DNA of 64,000 nucleotides from Alphaproteobacteria bacterium (GTDB lineage Bacteria; Pseudomonadota; Alphaproteobacteria; Micavibrionales; Micavibrionaceae): NCBI GenBank assembly GCA_028282385.1, contig JANQIB010000098.1, positions 4,502 to 68,501 of the forward strand, read 5' to 3'. Shown piece by piece: positions 60,259 to 64,000 of this stretch (position 1 is its first letter; each line of letters starts with the position of its first letter). The notes under the pieces were generated by a model. It saw only the letters and a program-made list of their open reading frames with translations, ran no database searches and was not told where the DNA came from. The position numbers and the translations under genes were made by a program.

Positions 60259-61974
60259 CTAGTTTGCCTGTCGTCTTAGGAAGGCAGGAATATCAAGGTT
60301 ATCTTCATTCTGCTCACCCTGGGGCGCAGCTGCAGGTGCATCGATATTGAGCTGCCCCTGAGCAGGTCCGCCCGTACCGGTCATCTGACGCTGTGCCCGA
60401 AGGCCGCCGCCAAAACCACCGCCTTGTGCGCCGCCACCTGAGGATTGCTGCCCGGTGTCACCGGCCTCTTCATGACCGCCAAACCGGCGGGCACCTGTTG
60501 TAATGCGTTCAAACAAGGACGGTGTTCTTTTCCGCTCTTCTGTCCGTGCACCCGGAACCGGTGGACGGAGGACATATCCGGTTTCACCTTGCTGCGCTTG
60601 CGGCTGTGCCTGCTCTTCAGGCTTGGCCGGCATTGCGGCAGGCGGGGTCATCCCGTAACCGGAATAAGGCTGGTCCTGACGCTCCGGGACAACCGGAGCT
60701 GGCGGAATAAACTGACCGTGATATGTGCCACCACGGGCTGCTTGCGCCGGCGGCTGTGTAAATTCCTGTTGTTCAAACAACTCGCTTTCAGGCTCCTCTT
60801 TCGGAGCAGCCTGAGGCGCGGCAGGAATAGCGGAACGAGCTGCAACAGTCGCTGCCTGCACAACATTAATATTGGTCTGCCAATTAGCACTTGCCGCAGC
60901 AGGCTGAGCGCGTTCTGCTCTGGGTGCAGTCGCTGTTGTTGTAACAGGTGTTGTCCGAACCGCGCCTGTTCCCGTAGTTGTTGTTCGAACTGGCTTTTGC
61001 GCTTCTTCAGCATCAATCCCGGTTGCCACAACGGAAACACGCATCCGGCCTTCAAGTTTTTCATCAAAGGTCGAGCCGAAGATAATATTCGCATTCGGAT
61101 CAACTTCTTCGCGAATACGGTTACACGCATCATCAACTTCAAACAGCGTCATATCACTGCCGCCTGTGACATTGATAATCACGCCGCGCGCACCCTTCAT
61201 AGAAACATCATCCAGAAGCGGGTTGCTAATCGCCGCTTCGGCAGCTTCGATAGACCGGCGTTCACCTTCAGCTTCGCCTGTGCCCATCATTGCTTTACCC
61301 ATCTCCAGCATGGCCGAGCGAATATCTGCAAAATCAAGATTGATCAGGCCCGGCATGACCATCAGGTCAGTGACGCCGCGTACACCTGATTGCAACACAC
61401 TATCCGCCAGGCGGAAAGCTTCGGCAAAAGTTGTCTTTTCATTGGCAATGCGGAACAGATTCTGGTTCGGGATGACAATCAGCGTATCCACATAATCCTG
61501 CATTTCAAGAATGCCCTGTTCAGCCTGGCGCATCCGGTGCGCCCCTTCAAAATGGAACGGCTTGGTGACCACACCGACGGTCAAAATCCCGCTATCCCGG
61601 CAGGTTTTTGCAATCACGGGCGCAGCGCCGGTTCCTGTCCCGCCGCCCATCCCGGCAGTGACAAAAACCATGTTCGAGCCTTCCAGGATCTGCATGACAT
61701 CATCAAGGCTTTCCTCGGCCGCCTGCTTACCCACTTCCGGTTTCGCCCCGGCGCCAAGACCGCCCGTCACACTTGCGCCAAGCTGCAGCCGGTTCTCGCT
61801 GAGCGAGCTTTCCAGCGCCTGTGCATCCGTGTTCGTGACAAGAAACTCACAGCCCTCAAGGCCGGATGAAATCATATTGTTGACCGCATTTCCGCCAGCG
61901 CCGCCAACACCAATAACTGTTATTTTTGGAGACAATTTATGTACCTCTGGATTTTGCATTCGAATATTTAACAT
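60259..61974 (-). CDS. ftsZ: cell division GTPase FtsZ (long alphaproteobacterial linker)
   Basis: [13 protein letters not shown] and [11 protein letters not shown] are present, with the C-terminal DIPAFLRRQ peptide. Confidence 0.97.
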   Translation of the reverse strand: MLNIRMQNPEVHKLSPKITVIGVGGAGGNAVNNMISSGLEGCEFLVTNTDAQALESSLSENRLQLGASVTGGLGAGAKPEVGKQAAEESLDDVMQILEGSNMVFVTAGMGGGTGTGAAPVIAKTCRDSGILTVGVVTKPFHFEGAHRMRQAEQGILEMQDYVDTLIVIPNQNLFRIANEKTTFAEAFRLADSVLQSGVRGVTDLMVMPGLINLDFADIRSAMLEMGKAMMGTGEAEGERRSIEAAEAAISNPLLDDVSMKGARGVIINVTGGSDMTLFEVDDACNRIREEVDPNANIIFGSTFDEKLEGRMRVSVVATGIDAEEAQKPVRTTTTGTGAVRTTPVTTTATAPRAERAQPAAASANWQTNINVVQAATVAARSAIPAAPQAAPKEEPESELFEQQEFTQPPAQAARGGTYHGQFIPPAPVVPERQDQPYSGYGMTPPAAMPAKPEEQAQPQAQQGETGYVLRPPVPGARTEERKRTPSLFERITTGARRFGGHEEAGDTGQQSSGGGAQGGGFGGGLRAQRQMTGTGGPAQGQLNIDAPAAAPQGEQNEDNLDIPAFLRRQAN

Positions 61975-62298
61975 TGCTTGAAAACCTCCATGAGAAAGGT
62001 CGTGCTTTCGATTCTATGGTTATTTTTGAAAAAACGGAATCCTGAAAATCCGAAGTTTTCAAAAATGGCGGGCATCCAGCGGCTTTTACACTTTCATATT
62101 CCCTACACAAGCAAATGAGCAATCACGTCTAAACGACTCATTTGACTCATGATTTCAGATTGTCTCATAACCATAATGAGTCGCCAATAGATTCGCACAT
62201 TTTACTGTGGATAAGTTGGGGATGAGTAGGAAGAAGCAAGTAGAGAGTAGGGAGTTATCCGTTTTTAGCTTTTCTCCCTACTCCCTACTCATAACTCC

Positions 62299-63564
62299 CT
62301 ACCAGTTTTCTTTCCACCAATACTTTACGCGTTCCCAGAGTGTCCCCGGTGTGACGCTCGCCATAATCTCGGCAGGCATTTCATCCTGCCGCTGCGTCAG
62401 GTAAACAAGCAGCCCCGCTGTTGTTGCAAAGGCCGGTCCGCTGACCGCGTCGGGCAGGCTGTAAAGCCGGATCGGGCGCCCCTGACTGACACGTTTATCG
62501 AGAACATGCTCGGTCAGTTCCATGATATTTTGCATCTGGCTGGCCCCGCCCGTTAACACCACACGCCGCCCGATTCCAAAGAACCCGTTTTCCTCCAGCC
62601 GCGCGCGGACCATATCAAGAATTTCTTCCAGCCGCGGCTGGATCACAGCAATCAGCTGCGAACGCGGGACATTATTCGCATTGTGTTTGTCAACTGCGCC
62701 AATCTGCGGAATATCAATTAATTCATTATCATCATTGCCCGACACGATCGCGCTGCCATAGAGCGTTTTAATCCGCTCCGCATCTGCCGTAGAGCACGTC
62801 ATAATCTTGGCAATATCATTTGTGACATGCCATCCGCCAATCGGCACATGATCACTGTAAATCATATGCCCGCCCTGGAAGACCGCAATCGAAGTCACGC
62901 CTGCGCCCATATCAATTACCGTGCACCCCAGATCCATTTCATCTTCGGCCAGCACCGACAGTCCCGCCGCATAAGAAGACACACATAAAGAATCAACATC
63001 AAGATGAGAGCGCTCAATCCCTTCGGCAAAATTCTCCAGCGGCCCAAGATCCGCTGTCACCATATGAATTCCAACCTCAAGCGATTTACCGACCATGCCG
63101 CGCGGATCGCGGATTCCTTCATGCCCGTCAATTTTGAAATCAACCGGAATCGTATGGATCAGCTCATAGTCCGGACTTAAGACCTGGTCCTGCGCCTTTG
63201 ATAACGCGCGGCGCACATCATTATCGGTAATCTCATGGCCGTGAATTTGAATATCCGCAGAAAGCAAATGCGACTTCGCATGTACGCCGGGAATGTTAAT
63301 GACAACATCACGCAGCGGATAGCCTTTCATCGCATCGAGCGCCATATTCTCCGCCGTATTCACGGTCTGGCGGATCGTGGCCTCGGCAGCGCTTAAATCA
63401 ACAACCGTTCCGCCTTTAATTCCTTTGGAGGCCTGATAGCCGACGCCGAGGATTTCCACCCCGCCGGACTCATCCACTGTGCGGCCAATAAAGCAGGCGA
63501 TCTTATGCGAACCGATATCCAGCGCAGCGACAAGGGAGCCTTTTGGTTTTGCTTTATGATTCAT
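62299..63564 (-). CDS. ftsA: cell division protein FtsA
   Basis: 421 aa. ALDIGSHKIACFIG, VIDMGAGVTSIAVF and VLTGGASQM are present. Confidence 0.95.
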   Translation of the reverse strand: MNHKAKPKGSLVAALDIGSHKIACFIGRTVDESGGVEILGVGYQASKGIKGGTVVDLSAAEATIRQTVNTAENMALDAMKGYPLRDVVINIPGVHAKSHLLSADIQIHGHEITDNDVRRALSKAQDQVLSPDYELIHTIPVDFKIDGHEGIRDPRGMVGKSLEVGIHMVTADLGPLENFAEGIERSHLDVDSLCVSSYAAGLSVLAEDEMDLGCTVIDMGAGVTSIAVFQGGHMIYSDHVPIGGWHVTNDIAKIMTCSTADAERIKTLYGSAIVSGNDDNELIDIPQIGAVDKHNANNVPRSQLIAVIQPRLEEILDMVRARLEENGFFGIGRRVVLTGGASQMQNIMELTEHVLDKRVSQGRPIRLYSLPDAVSGPAFATTAGLLVYLTQRQDEMPAEIMASVTPGTLWERVKYWWKENW

Positions 63565-63573
63565 CCCGCGCTC

Positions 63574-64000
63574 CTAAATCGGGCCGCCAGCCGCAGGTTC
63601 AAAGGTCGCGCGGTAATCCTGCACGGCGCCGGGGCGGGTTTGCACGATAATGCGTTCTGCCTCACGCAAATCAATGGATTTAATATCCTTATCCAGCAAA
63701 GCGCTTTCCTCATGCGCGCTGGCAAGGCGGCGCAGCGCAAAGCCGATTTCCTCTTCCGGCAAACGGACTTTGATCCCGCCGGTTAAGGTTAAATCCCATC
63801 GCCGGCCGGATACAAGCATGGCCGATTCCGAGCGCTGTTGAATATCCGGTTCAAAATCCAGCGCTTCAATTAACAAATACGCACGGCCCGGCGCGTCTTC
63901 CCCGGTGACAATCAGAAGGTCTTTAAACCGGGCGAGCTTATCAGATGTTAAGGTTTCGCCTTCTTCATCTATTACTTTAACTTTGCCTTTATATTGCCAG
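63574..64000 (-). CDS. ftsQ: cell division protein FtsQ, C-terminal part (the 5' end lies beyond the window)
   Basis: The reading frame stays open to the window edge. Hand translation gives WQYKGKVKVIDEEGETLTSDKLARFKDLLIVTGEDAPGRAY, continuing into the listed ORF (..SGRRWDLTLTGGIKVRLPEEE..IDLRE). Confidence 0.85.
   Translation of the reverse strand, partial: WQYKGKVKVIDEEGETLTSDKLARFKDLLIVTGEDAPGRAYLLIEALDFEPDIQQRSESAMLVSGRRWDLTLTGGIKVRLPEEEIGFALRRLASAHEESALLDKDIKSIDLREAERIIVQTRPGAVQDYRATFEPAAGGPI

Noticed and set aside
60259-61000. A very long Pro/Gln/Ala/Gly-rich segment in FtsZ.
   Set aside because: Extended disordered C-terminal linkers are normal for alphaproteobacterial FtsZ, and the conserved C-terminal peptide is intact.
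60445-61389. A 314-aa plus-strand ORF rich in Cys and Arg.
   Set aside because: It is an antisense shadow of ftsZ, particularly its GC-rich, repetitive linker region. There is no Shine-Dalgarno sequence and the composition is not protein-like.

Overview
This looks like a chromosomal segment of an alphaproteobacterium. Supporting signs are a split pntAA/pntAB/pntB, the DUF1476 zeta ATPase-inhibitor next to bolA and grxD, a long-linker FtsZ, ftsQ-ftsA-ftsZ-lpxC-bamD-recN-ligA synteny, and a GTTC-N7-GTTC SOS-type box.

Layout:
- 1-8.4 kb: core genes (acnA, folD, icd, nhaA, an EamA transporter).
- 8.4-27.9 kb: a one-strand gene cluster collinear with the late region of T7-type podoviruses (portal, scaffold, capsid, tail tubular A and B, tailspike, terminase, endolysin, holin). 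It has no integrase, replication or transcription genes, no tRNA and no att site. A divergent S24/LexA-like repressor and an SOS-box-like site sit at its head. AT-rich inserts inside it encode peptidoglycan-binding modular proteins with variable C-termini and small membrane partners, a 191-bp direct repeat marking C-terminal cassette exchange, and a PilZ gene.
- 27.9-37.5 kb: core genes (pyrE, nadK, purC, zeta, bolA, grxD, rodA-mrdA-mreDCB, rpmJ).
- 37.5-50.1 kb: an accessory island with a cNMP-binding EAL phosphodiesterase, a 1107-aa FecR/FG-GAP/RTX-like type I secretion substrate, a CHASE2 nucleotide cyclase and a TolC/ABC/HlyD secretion system.
- 50.1-64 kb: core genes (pntAA/AB/B, a hydrolase, ligA, recN, bamD, lpxC, ftsZ, ftsA, partial ftsQ).

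I saw no rRNA, tRNA, CRISPR array or transposase. The most interesting candidate is the structural-only podovirus-type particle cluster, apparently SOS-wired, carrying polymorphic effector-like cassettes. All family assignments come from reading the translated ORFs and motifs by eye. No database search or alignment program was run.
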